Positions 24,951 through 59,100 of a DNA stretch of 64,000 nt are shown in pieces. A program made the translations under genes and the position numbers. The notes beneath the pieces are model-generated. The model did no database searches. It had not been told where the DNA came from and worked only from the letters and a program-made list of their open reading frames with translations. Origin of the DNA: Macrostomum lignano (lineage: Eukaryota); the NCBI GenBank assembly GCA_002269645.1, contig NIVC01000255.1, positions 434,001 to 498,000 on the forward strand, written 5' to 3'. Within the stretch, counting starts at the first letter, position 1, and every line of letters starts with the position of its first letter.

Positions 24951-25287
24951 CAAATATTGTCACCCCATCGGGTTGCTGTCCCTCCAATCAAAAAGCTGCG
25001 TGAACCACTGCAGATGTATGTTACATGTAATGTCAGAGCCGTTGTCTACCCTTTGTGAGCGCGTGCTCAGGTGAATTGGTGCAGTTAAGGCAGCCTCCTC
25101 GTCTCGCCTGGAAATTTTGAAACTCTATTTTTAGTTTAACTCAGAGAACGATAAACCAAATTAAAAAGAATAATTCATTGTAAATTAAAAGTAAAAAACG
25201 CAGAATATTTAATATTCAAATTACAATATTAACAGATTTCAAAAAGCTTGCAGGAGTGAAACAACGATTTTTATCTTCAATGAGTCT

Positions 25288-25693
25288 GCACCAGGGGCTT
25301 TAGGACCAGGGGCTTTAGCACCAGGGGATTTAGCACCAGGGGCTTTAGCACCAGGGGCTTTAGCACCAGGGGCTTTAGCACCAGGGGCTTTAGCACCAGG
25401 GGCTTTAGCACCAGGGGCTTTAGCACCAGGGGCTTTAGCACCAGGGGATTTAGCACCAGGGGATTTAGCACCAGGGGATTTAGCACCAGGGGATTTAGCA
25501 CCAGAGGATTTAGCACCAGGGGCTTACCACCAGGGGCTTTAGCACCAGAGGCTTTAGCACCAGGGGCTTTAGCACCAGGGGCGCCAGCACCAGGGGCGCC
25601 AGCACCAGGGGCTTTAGCACCAGGGGCGCCAGCACCAGGAACGCCAGCACCAGGGGCTTTAGCACCAGGGGCGCCAGCACCAGGGGCGCCAGA
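25288..25693. repeat. 15-bp minisatellite AGCACCAGGGGCTTT / AGCACCAGGGGCGCC
   Basis: Tandem array ending GGCGCCAGAAC; a short copy of the same end occurs at ~33945-34000. Confidence 0.9.
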
Positions 25694-25763
25694 ACGTTTT
25701 TTTTAATGTTGAACGGCCTTCAATGGTCGACAACGCGAATCGCTCGACTTCTTCGTTTCGCCT

Positions 25764-32872
<7,109 letters not shown>

Positions 32873-33289
32873 TATCAATAACTGTATTCTGCGCAATTCA
32901 GCTGCCTCTGTAGATAAGTGGTGTCTCTCCCGTGTGTTTACTGGGACAATTGAACTGGAGCCTATAATGGCCCCTAGGGTTCACGTGGGCTCCTATGGCG
33001 TTTAATAAGGAACATTGTAGTAATTGCAATTTACTAAACCTCAACTACATCACTGTATGTACTATTTATGGGATTTGTATGCTTGCAACTAAGCGGTATG
33101 TACGTATATCACGGTACTATAAGGGTGACAATGCACTGTCTAAGAGGGTACTAAAAGCGTAATCGATGTAAATGATTCATATTATGGAGTTTGTGATGTT
33201 TTCTGGGTGATTAAAACGATTAAGCTGAAAATAGAACTGACTCGATTCGTTTCATTTCATTGGAGGGGTAAGAGCACCTTTTGAGTCGA

Positions 33290-33995
33290 CTAAATTTCAT
33301 TATCAAGGGCGCCATTTTAATATCAAGGGTGCCATTTCAATATCAAGGGTGCCATTTCAATATCAAGGGCGCCATTTCAATATCAAGGGCGCCATTTCAA
33401 TATCAAGGGTGCCATTTCAATATCAAGGGTGCCATTTCAATATCAAGGGCGCCATTTCAATATCAAGGGTGCCATTTCAATATCAAGGGCGCCATTTCAA
33501 TATCAAGGGTGCCATTTCAATATCAAGGGCGCCATTTCAATATCAAGGGTGCCATTTCAATATCAAGGGTGCCATTTCAATATCAAGGGTGCCATTTCAA
33601 TATCAAGGGCGCCATTTCAATATCAAGGGCGCCATTTCAATATCAAGGGCGCCATTTCAGTATCAAGGGCGCCATTTCAATATCAAGGGCGCCATTTCAA
33701 TATCAAGGGCGCCATTTCAATATCAAGGGCGCCATTTCAATATCAAGGGCGCCATTTCAATATCAAGGGCGCCATTTCAGTATCAAGGGCGCCATTTCAA
33801 TATCAAGGGCGCCATTTCAATATCAAGGGCGCCATTTCATATCAAGGGCGCAATTTCAGTATCAAGGGTGCCATTTCAGTATCAAAGGCGCCATTTCAGT
33901 ATCAAGGGTGCCATTTCAGTTTCAAGGGTGCCATTTCAGTATCAAGGGCTTTAGCACCAGGGGCGCCAGCACCAGGGGCGCCAGCACCAGGGCGC
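33290..33995. repeat. 20-bp minisatellite TTTCAATATCAAGGGCGCCA (~33 copies)
   Basis: Directly visible tandem array. Confidence 0.95.
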
Positions 33996-36222
33996 CAGAA
34001 CCGCACAATTAATATTTACCATAATTATTTACGTAATTTTACAGTTCTCTGAAAATATTCAAATGATAGTAGTACGAGCCATTGCACCTAGGATAGGGCA
34101 CGTAGCTCATTGCCCTTTGATGACATATCGTTCTACATCAAGCGCAGAAGCAATTCTGACCATTCCGCTGACTGCATGCAAGCGTGCCAATACTGTACAC
34201 AGGCCACGCACTGATGCACATTGCTCACACAGGGTGCAGCGGCCCTGAATAATTCTAATTGGTCGGCACATCTTCAAATCTCTTTCTATATGTTTTTATT
34301 GCTTAATGAGCGTTGCCGCGCGCAAAGAATCGTCAAACCAAAAGTTGTGGCCGCTGCTGAGAGCTGCTCTGCCCCAAAAGATGCGTGAGTCACCCGCAGT
34401 TAATTTTCGCAAATTTTGCTGCTTTACTGCCGCAGCCTATGCGTGGGACAGTGTACTCGTGGCTATAGTTGAAATAGATTTTAACTAGATGCCGAGGCAT
34501 CTCTGAATCAATGCAAAGCATATAGTTACTCCTGCTGTTTACTCAGATGTACATGTAGGCGAGCTCTTTGCCGAAGGTCTCAGAGGTGAGCAAGCTGAGG
34601 ATAAAAAAAATTAAGTGCCACTAATAAAACTTTTTAAACAGCTTTCAGTGGTCCAATATTCCAATGCCGATAAGATACAGTCTCTTAAAAAAATTCAGCC
34701 GTACAATAAATACTCCGTGTCTATATCCTTAATTATCTTGCCCATGAGGAGGCTGAACTCAATACAGCTTATACTACGTACGTTACAGATCAACGTTTGT
34801 TGTTTCAGAAGGCCAACCTTCTTTATTGTCATTATCCATGAGGTTTACAATTTCTAAGCATTTCTAAGTTTATTAAAAGGTCTCTGCAATCATATAATAT
34901 CTAGGATAATTTTTGGATCCATGGATTTATTTACATATTTACAGTGTAACTATAATCAGAAAAAGCATTTTCTGGCTAAAAACATGACTTTTACCGCTTT
35001 AACTTAGTGTATTTGGATAAAAAACGAGAAAAACTTCCGGGAAATACGAGTTTCGCGTCTTCCTATGAGAGTATCTTTTGACAAAGGTCGAACTCGGAAC
35101 TTCCGATATTTTAGTTTTAGTCTCCGGCTTACTATGCGATTAATTTTAAGCATTAAAACAAACAATATATGCAAGTAAACTAGTAGCACAAAGCAAGGAC
35201 TGTGTTTAAACTAATAAAGGTGATAATTCATAAAGTATTTTTTCAAATGTTTAATTACCAACGATTTTAATCTGCTCTTAGGCGTCAAAGAAACTTTTCA
35301 ACTGGAAAAATCGGGCATAATTATACAATTTTTTGTCGGATTTAAAAAGCTTTTAAATTTCAAGGTTAACTTTCAGGACAAATTCCAGCCGAAAAGTTAT
35401 GCTAATTGAAACCCCGTGAATCCAATTGATACTTATTTTAGGGTCCGTTTTTATTTCAAATCATCAATAACAATAATGGACGAAATCATTACTAATCGCA
35501 CGTTGTCGTTTTGGAAAGCAATTTCCTCGCAGGTAAAAAAACTGCTGGCAACTGGCTCAATAAAATTCATTTTTCTGGCCTATTATCGCTTTTAGTACTC
35601 TTTTTCGATAAAAATTTGCTATGCCAAGAGTGATCTATGTTTAAAGATTTGTATTGTATATCATTGACTTATGACTATTATTATTAGTACTTACATATAT
35701 AGCTTAAGTAACCACTAACATGAAATTTAGTATTAAATTGGCGAAAACGCGATCAAAATCGGTAAAGAATTGCAGTCTCTAGAGCGTTATGGACATTCAT
35801 TCAAGCATACAAACCTTAGAGATTTAGTATATTTAGATAAAGCCTATCAAATTTTATATTTTATGGATCGATTTTTTGTAAATTTAAGGCCTGCTACACT
35901 TTCATTATTCAAAGCCTACTCAATTTTTTTAAAAAATCTACTTTTAATTGTTTACATGGTCTCTTTTTTATCATAGATACCTTAGCTTTTGAAAATTTGA
36001 AAATGTCTCTTTATTTTAATGAATAATTTTTTTACTAAAAATTCTACTTTTTAAATAAACTGAATGAATTTATCTTCGACTACAAAATAAGAAAATAATC
36101 TGATGAACTGAGCGAGAGAATTCATCATAGACTAAAATGATATAAACATTATCAATATTCCATGTGTTAAAATTCAATTTAGTAGTTTTTGGGATTTTAT
36201 AATCAAACCCTATCCCCAACAG

Positions 36223-49175
<12,953 letters not shown>

Positions 49176-49909
49176 TGTAGAAGTGTTGAGTAGCCAATAT
49201 TTTCCTTCTATCGATAATTTCAAGACGGGTTAATGCTTAGTTTATTATTTAAAAAACATTTCCATTCTGCTCTACTGCCAGTAGAAGTTATAATTAATTT
49301 ACCTACACTTTTTTTACGATTATAAGTAAAATATTAGACAAAAAATATATTATACTACTACTTTTTAAGTCGCGGGTAAAATAGTATGTGGAATATGACA
49401 GAATTGTATGTGGTATTGAGCCTCTTTGAATTTCAACTTCGCAATTCCATTGGCATCTTGGCTCGGATGCAATTTCATAAATGCTGCAATTACAACTCAC
49501 GGTCTTGAGTTAGAATGTTTGAGTTCAACAAAGCTAGTTTTTTAACCGTTTACAAAACTCTGAGTTCAGAGTAAAGAAGAATAGAAGCAGACAGTCGAAA
49601 AATTGGAACTGAAGCCATCGTTTAAAATCGTCGGGAAAGTTGTAAAACAAATGCAGCAGTTTATTAATTCATCAACGCGCTTCGTTCATTTGATTTTCAG
49701 TGGCTTCACCTCCGACTATTCGAATCACTTTTTAGCTCAATTAATCACATTTGTTTATTGTTTATCATATTTTTGCTCAGTATTTCACGGAAACAAACAG
49801 TTTTTTAGCTTTCCTGTGTTACAATTTAATTTAAAAAAGCCGAGGCTGTTCTGTTTCTTACGCTCGTAATTACTCGTATTTACAGAAAACTTATGCTGAC
49901 ATTTTGATT

Positions 49910-50051
49910 GCTAGATGAATAGGTAGATAGATAAATAGATAGATAGATAGGTAGATAGATAGATAGATGAATAGGTAGATAGATAAATAGATGAATAGGT
50001 AGATAGATAAATAGATGAATAGGTAGATAGTTAGATAGATAGATAGATAGT

Positions 50052-50136
<85 letters not shown>

Positions 50137-50137
50137 G

Positions 50138-50214
<77 letters not shown>

Positions 50215-50217
50215 GTG

Positions 50218-50258
<41 letters not shown>

Positions 50259-50280
50259 GTGGATAGGTAGATAGACAATT
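49910..50280. repeat. (GATA)n microsatellite, intergenic
   Basis: Directly visible. Confidence 0.97.
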
Positions 50281-50463
50281 GGATAAGTAGGTAAATTAAT
50301 AGACAGATTATTTTCTAAGAAATATTAAAAGCGCAGCAAATCTTACCATAAGTAGATCGTGACCACCTTAATCTTTAAGATAAAATGCTTGAAAAGCGCC
50401 TCAAAACATCTTATGCTTCCAAAAAACTTTTGGCTGTCAAAAAGCAACACAAGAAGGTGAAAG

Positions 50464-53108
50464 ATGTCACTGAGCTCTCGGATCTGCGGCTTTACGGCCT
50501 GGGTGAATCTCCGCCTGCAGCACAGCGATCTCATGCTCAGCAACGTGCTCATGGATCTCATGTCCGGCATGTACCTGAGAAATCTGATCGAATCTCTCAC
50601 GGGCAGCGAGTTTAAAAACTTGGGCGACACCTTTGATCGCCTGACCCAGCAGCAGAAGGTCACCAGGTCCGAATGGGTCGTCAAGGAGCTCAAGCGATGG
50701 CGCATCGTACCAGACAGCTATCAGATGGACTTTAAACTGTTCGCCGCAAGAAATTCTGAGGAAGTGTTCGAACTGCTGTGGGAACTGGTTAGCCACGACA
50801 TCTGGTTTCTGTGGGAGAGGATGGAGTTCCTCCAGCATCCAGAGGCTGCCGTGCTCACACAGTGCGTCTTTACGGTGAGTCACCAACATTGTTTTGGATT
50901 ACTTTTTTGTTGCTTTAGATTACTTCTTCCTAATCTATCCCTCTCACTTATAAAACTAGAGTTGATTGCCCCTCGTCCGCTTACATCATGGAGTTACAAC
51001 ATATTCGATCCAGATATATTTGGCTCAATCCTAACCCTATATCGTCCTATTAGCCCTCAAGCTACGACTAATTTGTTTTCTGTAATTTCAAAGAGGTCAA
51101 ATCCCAATTCATTCTATCAATTTCATCAAGTCTTTAAAAAGCCGATAGGCTACATGTAGGTGAAACTTCATATGGTCACTCTAAGTTAAACCGGAGCAAA
51201 TCGCCTGTAATCACAAACTGACATTTCAGTGGATCCCAGATCCAATTGACATCACCAAGCAGAAGAAAAAGTTCAAAGTCACTAAGAACGTTCTTGGCGG
51301 TTTCGGCGCTTCGTCAATGAAGTCGCAGATGCTGAAAGACGCCGGGGCCAATGCCGAGGTGAGCAGATGTTTGTCAGATATCCGAGTGTTACATGTTATC
51401 TGTCAGACTTTTTAGACATTGAAAGTACAGAAAGCCAGGTGAATACATTATGAGAATCGCCCCATAAATACCGATTTCTCAGGTCTCAGACCAGCCAGAC
51501 GACTACGAGCCGTTCCCGGGTTCCGAGCTGATGAAGAAGTACAAGTCCAGGGCTGCGCCGGGTGCGAAAATTCTAAAAGCGCTCGACTGCATGTTTCAAA
51601 TTGTGAAAGGCCATTTGCGAGTAAGCTAATGTATCTAATGTACCTAAGGAGTGTTATTACGTTTTATCAATTTGTTGATTTGTATATTACGCATTAAGTA
51701 ACGTACAATATCCCTTATTTATCACGCAGATGACTCCAGAAGGTAGAGCTTTGCGACTTTGGGTAAGTACTGTTATAGCGTATGCTAGTGTAAGCTTTCA
51801 TTAGTTTTTTATGGGCCGTTTTAATTTCATCACCTTTTTTCATATATATTCGACATGTACGAATGTAGTACTGTACGACTGGGGAAAAGAATTAAATAGC
51901 TAATACGCATATAATTAGATGGTAAATAACAGAGAATGCTATAACAAGTACATAAAAAATTGAAAACTGTTTAATATTACTTCAGAGCCGTCAGAGGGGT
52001 CAGAGGCACTTTTACACATTTAAATCGTATTACAATACTAAAGAGGCTGGTAAAACTTGTTTTCGTACATACGAGTATTTTACGTAATAATTTACGAATT
52101 TTTTTTACTTTTAATGCGTTGAATAGTTCAGATTTCAGTATTGCAAAGTCTGATGTAACCGCCCTTGTCGCCGGTCTGCTCCTATTGAGAGACGAACGCT
52201 TGGCTAGAGGGGGAAATGACCGTAGGCTGCCTATGACCGGGCAATGACCTGACGGACCTCCAGCACCAGACTGTCCCGCCCACATGATTAGTAGCTTTGG
52301 TAGCGCTTCGTGACCAGAGGGCCAAGGACCTACATGGACCCCACCTGTAGCCAAGGTGCAATAGTTGGTCACTCGGTCATGGTATGACCGAGTGGCTGCC
52401 ACCACTCTATGTGACCTGGCGCACCTGGATCTTGCTACCAGACCTCTCGAGGCTAGAGCCCCGCCTGGATTGGTTACCAGGGGATTTAGGCTAACAGGGG
52501 AGACACATGCAGCCGAGTACAGGGACTCTGCTTGGGGCATGATCGGGAACTCTGGGCTCAATCCTGGAGGATTTCTCAGCAGGGGATCCTTTGTGGCTGT
52601 GAGCGAGGCTGACTTGCGACTTTGATTACTAAGAGTAGTATGAGGCGAACATGTACTGTCTCCAGTTTAGATTGCTCAGGGCGAAGGGACGCGTCAGCAT
52701 GGGGTTGCAACCTTCCTACTGCCATTCTGTGCCAAGACTCGCTAATCCCTCTACTGCACGCACACGCGGCCCCGCAGCACGCACTCACAGGCGGGCTTTG
52801 CACGGGGAGAGGCCATTAGCTTACCCAAACTTCCCTATGCTTTGCCACCCCGGGAGAAAGGCTTAGCAAGCCATGAGTGAAATGATGGTGAAAGAGTGAA
52901 TAATGATGAGGTTAGTTAATAGTTAATAATTAGGCCCTTAGGCAAATAATCAGGCAATTAGGTGGCTTCACTATTAAGTAAAAATACAGCAAAAGGTACG
53001 GTATCACAACTGGCTCAGCTCTCTAATCAGACAATGGAAAAATAGGCAAACTCCGGATAAGCAAAGGCAATTAGAGCACAAATCAGTAACAGGAACTTAC
53101 CGGCAGCT

Positions 53109-53139
<31 letters not shown>

Positions 53140-56100
53140 CGGAGTGACCGAGGGTGGCTGTAGGCTGCAGTCAGGCGGACAGTGAAGCGGCGATGCGCTG
53201 AAGCGACGAGGCGCTGGTGTAGATAGGCGAAGCTGATGATGCTGGGCGGTGTCAGACCGCTGGCCAATAGGCGAGCTCACTTGTGGAGCTGAAGAAAACT
53301 TGGCGGTAACAGACCGCGGACCGGCAGGGATTCGTCTTATAGACGAATGGGTCAGAACTCAGTCTGACAGCAAGTCTAAAGAAAGACTAGGAGCCCGAAG
53401 GTGGGCAAAAGTTGAGTCTTCTCATGCCGAAAACCGCCTCCTTTTATAGCCTTCCCAGCCGCCGCTCCAAGGTCGTTTCCATGACTCCCTCTCTCTGATT
53501 GGCTGCCGGCCGAATGACGTCAGAATGAGTCATGATGAGAAACATGAGACCGGCATAGCAACATGAGAAATAGGGAAATTGCGGTGGGGGGGATAATTGG
53601 CGCAGCGGGTGGTCGCGAAAGTGTTGCGCAAGCAAACATTGAGAACAATAGGGCTGGGGTCGAGAACAAAGGAATTGGAAATCGGGGATAATTGGGGAGA
53701 ATCGAGAACAATAGAAAAGCAAACATTGGAGAAAAGGTGATAATTAGGTGCGAAAACGAGAACAAAAGAAGGAGAAAATCGGAGAAAATGTGATAATTGG
53801 TGGGGGTAAAGAGAACAAAAGAATCAAAAACGAGAACAATAGAAGCGGAGGTGGGGTGGGTGTCGCATGAGAAATTTGGGGAGGAGAACAATAGCATGAG
53901 AAAAGGTTGCGCAAGAGAGGGGGGTGAGTCATCGATAAGTCATCGAGGGGAAGAAGGGTTCACACGACTTGCGTCACCGTTTGGGAGTTTGGGAAGGGAT
54001 GGGAGGTCGGTGAGCACACAAAATACTGTAAGTAGACGCAGAGAAAGAGGGGGCAGCGCAGGAAAAGAGTGCAGAGAGACAAAAAGAAGGGGGTTAGGGA
54101 AAGTACAAGAAGACTAGGGTGGAGCGCAGGGGAGATAAGGTAGAGGGGGAGGAACAGAGAGGGATAGGGGGCTCCGGAAAGGCAGGTGTGGTGGCAGGGG
54201 AGATGGAACCAAGGCAGCAGGGGGGGTGCAGCAGAGCGGGAGTCTCCAGGCCTGGTCGGAGACCTGGCCGAGTCTCGACAGCTCTGTGCAGGGGGGGGGG
54301 TACACGGGATAGGAGGCACTTTCGAAAAAGTTCCCATGCCCTATCCCGCGACCAGAGCGTGGTTGCATCAAGTCCTTAAAAGGGGCATTTTAGCTTTTTA
54401 AAGGGCCTTCTGGGACTATTGGCAGATGACAGATTATTTACAATCAGAAATTACAATTGAACAGTAAAACTAATATTTCACAAAGTTCCACAAAGAAAAT
54501 ATACATAAAGATAATTTTCAACGCAAACTTTCTAGAAACTGGGCGACCTTGCCGACACTCGCGTAATCTGCGCTCTTGGTAACGCCCTGTTTCCTAATCA
54601 GTTCAATTCTGAGGTGCTTCTCAATGACAGGTGCGTTCTAATGTTGTTTTACGAGTACCAACTTACAGAATAAAAAGAGTATAGTGGTATTAAACTGTAA
54701 CGCAATTTTTCCTTTACGTCTTTAATTGCAATAGCAGTTTTTGTTATTATCAATTAGATGGTCGCTCGATCTGGTGCTAGAAACAATGGAGAAAATCTTT
54801 CATTTTGAAGGCTGCTTCAAGGCAAAGAATCTCGTGGAGGTAAGTGCAATTAAGAACGCAAATTTTAATGGCTTTGTATGCAAAAAAAATTAGCAATAGT
54901 GGATGAAACTTTTCAGGGGGACAATCGAGCGATAGCCGCATATTTTTGCTGCTTCCTGATGGCCGCTTACAAATTCCGTCAGCAGCAAATGGTGGTGCTT
55001 CGTTTGGTAGGCGCTTTTTCTTTTTCCTACTTTTAGTAGATGCATAAGAAAATGCTAGCTGATTTTTCATATTCATACAATAATTTTTGTCAACGCTAAA
55101 TTTTAGGAGCAGCTAAAGGCTCAGACTAGAGACGCCTACACCGATATTGAGTTCTTGTGCGAGCAGGGACTCGGCGATTCTGTTGAGAAAGAGAAATTGG
55201 ACAAACTTATTCAAGCTTTTCAAGCTGGTAAACCTGCGGTCTACTTGAAAATGCGTTACTTTTTGGTTAAATTGCAGATTACACGAATATTTAAGGATTA
55301 AGATATTAGGAGTTTTTAGGAGTTTATGAATTGATTAATTGGATAAAAATAATTAAAAAGTACTTAATTTGAACGCTTTGTATTCTAGTTAATGTGTAAT
55401 TGAATTAGGGAGATAAGTGGGTTGGGATTAGAGGTTTGAAAATATGGAAGTGTTGGAGATCAGGGACCCAGGGAAATGGGAGATCAGGCAGTCTAGGATT
55501 GAGGCGGGTTGGGGATAATTAGAAATAAGATAGCTGGAAATCTGTGAGAACTTCAGGTCCGGGAATATAGTATCAAATCAAGCATCATCCAAAAAAACTT
55601 TCCCAACTTTCCTAAACAAACTTTCAGAGAAGGCCGCTATCGAGTCGCGATTCAATGTTGCGGAATGTCGAGACAATCTCAACTTCGCGCAGGACACGCT
55701 GAAAGAGGTAAGAAGCTTTAAAACATTAATGGAGATGGGTTTGATAACAAGCGTTTGTTTGAATGTACTGTACATACGTGCGGTGTGTACTTGTGTAATC
55801 CAAGTGAGGCAAGTATGCGTTTGGCATGATACTCGTAGGCGCTTACAAGTTCATCAACTTAAGTAAATTTCAGTTGTGGGTCTCTGTACCGTTAGTTGAC
55901 TTATTGAATAGCTGGAAATTTCTAAAATGAAATGTTTACTGCATAAGGTACGGAAGGTTACTACAAGGAAACCCCCACACGATAGACTTTTATTGAAATT
56001 TAATAGAGCTCAATTTCGTGATAGCCGGGTGTCTGCATTTTTGTCTCCCCTATTAATGCCAATCAAATAATCTCGACGCATTAATTACGCTTGCAGATGC

Positions 56101-59100
56101 AGGGAAAAATTCGCGACAAACTGAATGATCGCTTTGAAATTGTGCAAGCGCCCAGGGACATGACGCTCAATCAGATGTGCATTTCACTGATGATCAACTT
56201 GGTAACTTTTTGAGATCACTATTCACACATTTCTACTCAGACAGTAGTCTGATTTGCACTTCATTCGTTTATTTGCAGAGTCTGTCCAACGGAGCTGCTT
56301 TTTGCAAACTGCTTGACCCGGAGCTGATTCTCGAGAACAGGCGCATTGTGCTGCAGTCCAAGAAAACTGGCGAATTCTACGACGATTTTACCAGGAAGAC
56401 TGAAGGTGAAATGTTTGTTGAAAGTTTATGAATTTAACGTTAATTTGTACTATTGTCTTATACATTTAATACAGTCAAACTAGAACGATTTATTATTACA
56501 TGTTAAGCTTGAATTTGTAATTATAGGTTATTAAGCGCAAACAGAAGGGAGAAAATTGAACACTTACATGCTTGCAATTGTAATTACGAACTCTATGGAA
56601 GTCTAGACCGATCTCCCACGATTCCCATCCCAGTGACCGTCCGCCAGATGCTTCGCCAGCCCAGCAGAGACTCTATCCTGCTTGACCCCGCCGAGCATCC
56701 CCAATTCGACATATACGTGGAATGCCAGAGCAAAAACAGTCTAATTGGAGTTGGCGAGTCCGTGCTCTACCAGGTGTTTCCCGGCACCCTGGAGATCTGG
56801 CAGAACGGTCTGCTGAAGCACGCCAAAGAGGGCAACTACCACGCCATTCAAAAGCTGATCACCTTTTTTAGCTTTGTCCCGGACTTCATCAACTATAGAG
56901 AGCCGGGCAGCCTCAATACCGCGCTGCACTACGCCTGCCGCTACGGGCAGTTGCGGGTGGCTCTGCAGCTGCTGCAGAACTTTGCCGACATTGATGCCAG
57001 GAATGTGCACAAGTGCACACCATTGTTCCTGGCCGTGGAGTCGGGAAACCGGCGAGTCTGCCAGGTGGGCTGTTGGGTGGAAGACTGGTGGGTTGTCAGG
57101 GGTTGACTGGATCGAGTCTCGGGGGGAATGTGAAGTGTTAGAAGAGACTGGGTGAGTTGGGAATGTTGGCAGTCAGGAGACACTGTCGTTTGTCAAGGGA
57201 AATGTAGGGCGTCAGAGATGGTCAAGGTGTCAGGTTACACTTGTCCTGTTGGTGGTCATGGAAAGCCTTTTGGTGTATCAAAATTGATAGTTAAATTTAC
57301 AATAGATTCAATTCTTAACTGTCGCCTCAGTGCCGAATTCCTCCATATCGTCCTATCCCACGCGCTTCCACCAGCTTCTGATTGAATGGGGCTGCGACAT
57401 CCACGCCAAGAACATCCAGAAGATAACAGCATTGGAGGCTTCAAAAAGCGATGAGCTTCGCCGTAATCTAATGCGGCACTACCAGTACTACTCCACCACC
57501 GTGCCGCTGGTCGTGTCGGGCCAGCTGCAGCACCTTTCCGACATGATTGAAGATCACGTGACTAAACGACACGAGCTTGTTAGCATCCAGAGCAGGTGAA
57601 TATTATTCAGTCTTCAGTCTGAGCCGCCAGTGTCAAACATATTTGTTGATAACAGTCAGAACCTTCAGAAGCACTACTATACATGTATATACAATACAAA
57701 TCCGGATCTTTCTCGGTCCTCTGTAGGTGTCTAAACGGCAGCACTCTGCTTCACACGGCCGCCTACTTCGACCATCTACTGCTAATCCGTAGACTTCTCA
57801 AGCTCAAAATTGACGTCTCAATTCGAGACTACAAGGGCGCGGGCGTCCTGCATCGCGCGGGCAGCGTGCTCGGCGCTAGAATCCTGCTGGAGGCCGGGGC
57901 CGATGTGCAGCTGCGCGATCGCGAAGGCAACCAAGCGCTGCACGTCAAATGCTTCGGTGAAGACGGCAAACAATCCCAACTGGATCTTATCCGGTTCCTA
58001 CTGGACAACGATGCTAGCCCCACCAGCAAGAATGACAAGGTAAGCAAGGGTCCAGCTGACCCAATTTACACTCGAAATCGTCTCAATATCACTAGATACG
58101 AAGTTCAGTGGCCATATTTAGAGCTTTTGCTCGAAAATAATTAGTCTGGGCTTATCCGGCGATTTTCGCACTTGACATTTTGCAGTAGTATGTATGTGCT
58201 CAGGGGTCAGCAGAATGAGCATACCTGCTTGTCCCCTCACTGGATGCGGGTCGCCTTGATTTTCGGCTGCCTCAAGCCTACTACAAAGTAATTAATAACT
58301 AACCTGTTTTGTCCCCAAGTTTTAGTGTGAGCTGCAACTAAATTAGAGTGAAAGAATTAAATATCGTACGACTGCAATTCACTGCCAGTTGATATTATAC
58401 TTGCTACAGATCAACTAAATTTTCTAGTTATTCGGGACGGGCGTTTTCTGCTTTTAACGTAAACACTTATTGTTCGATAAGAAACCAACAGTTGTGACTA
58501 TTTCAGGCGTCTTAAGAGTAAAGTTTTTTCGATTGTATCGATTTATATCGATTCGATTTATCGCCTAAGATTGCACGGGTTAATAAACATTCTCGTACAG
58601 CAATTCAACGTTGACGGATTGACGGATAACGACGTCATATATCGGCTGAACGTCGGTTTAATATGAAAGTACATATCTGTAATCGACGACATCGTTTTGT
58701 GAACGGGATTGAAGCAAACTTATGACTTAGATTTTAATATTAATAAGTTTAGGATCGGTTTTAGGGCCTTTTCATATTGCTTGTTCTGGTTCCAGAACCA
58801 GAACCAATTTGTGAAGTATAACTTTTTGTCTCCATAACTAGAGGGAGATGCGTGCTATAAAGTTTTTATTATTGAATGAAAATCGCCAAGAAGAAAGTGA
58901 AAAATCGTGCAAAGTGAGGCTGTTAAGGCAGTCAAATATTAACAGAGTTTAATAGTTATACTGTTGTTTTTCTTGAAATTCCGAACCGATTCTGGTTCTG
59001 GAATTGGTAATATGAAAAGGCCCTTAATCAGAGAATAAAATTATTTCCTTACTAAGTTTAAACACATGCGTCATTTTATTTTCAGTATTTTTCTCCAAAA

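Noticed and set aside
33281-34052. ORFs of 200-240 aa (FQYQGRHFNIKGAISISRAP...)
   Set aside because: A 20-bp minisatellite that is open in all three frames.
34306-34860. Candidate first exons of the catenin-like gene (34306-34384, 34547-34585)
   Set aside because: Splice signals are plausible, but I could not connect them in phase to the exon at 36223, so they are left unannotated.
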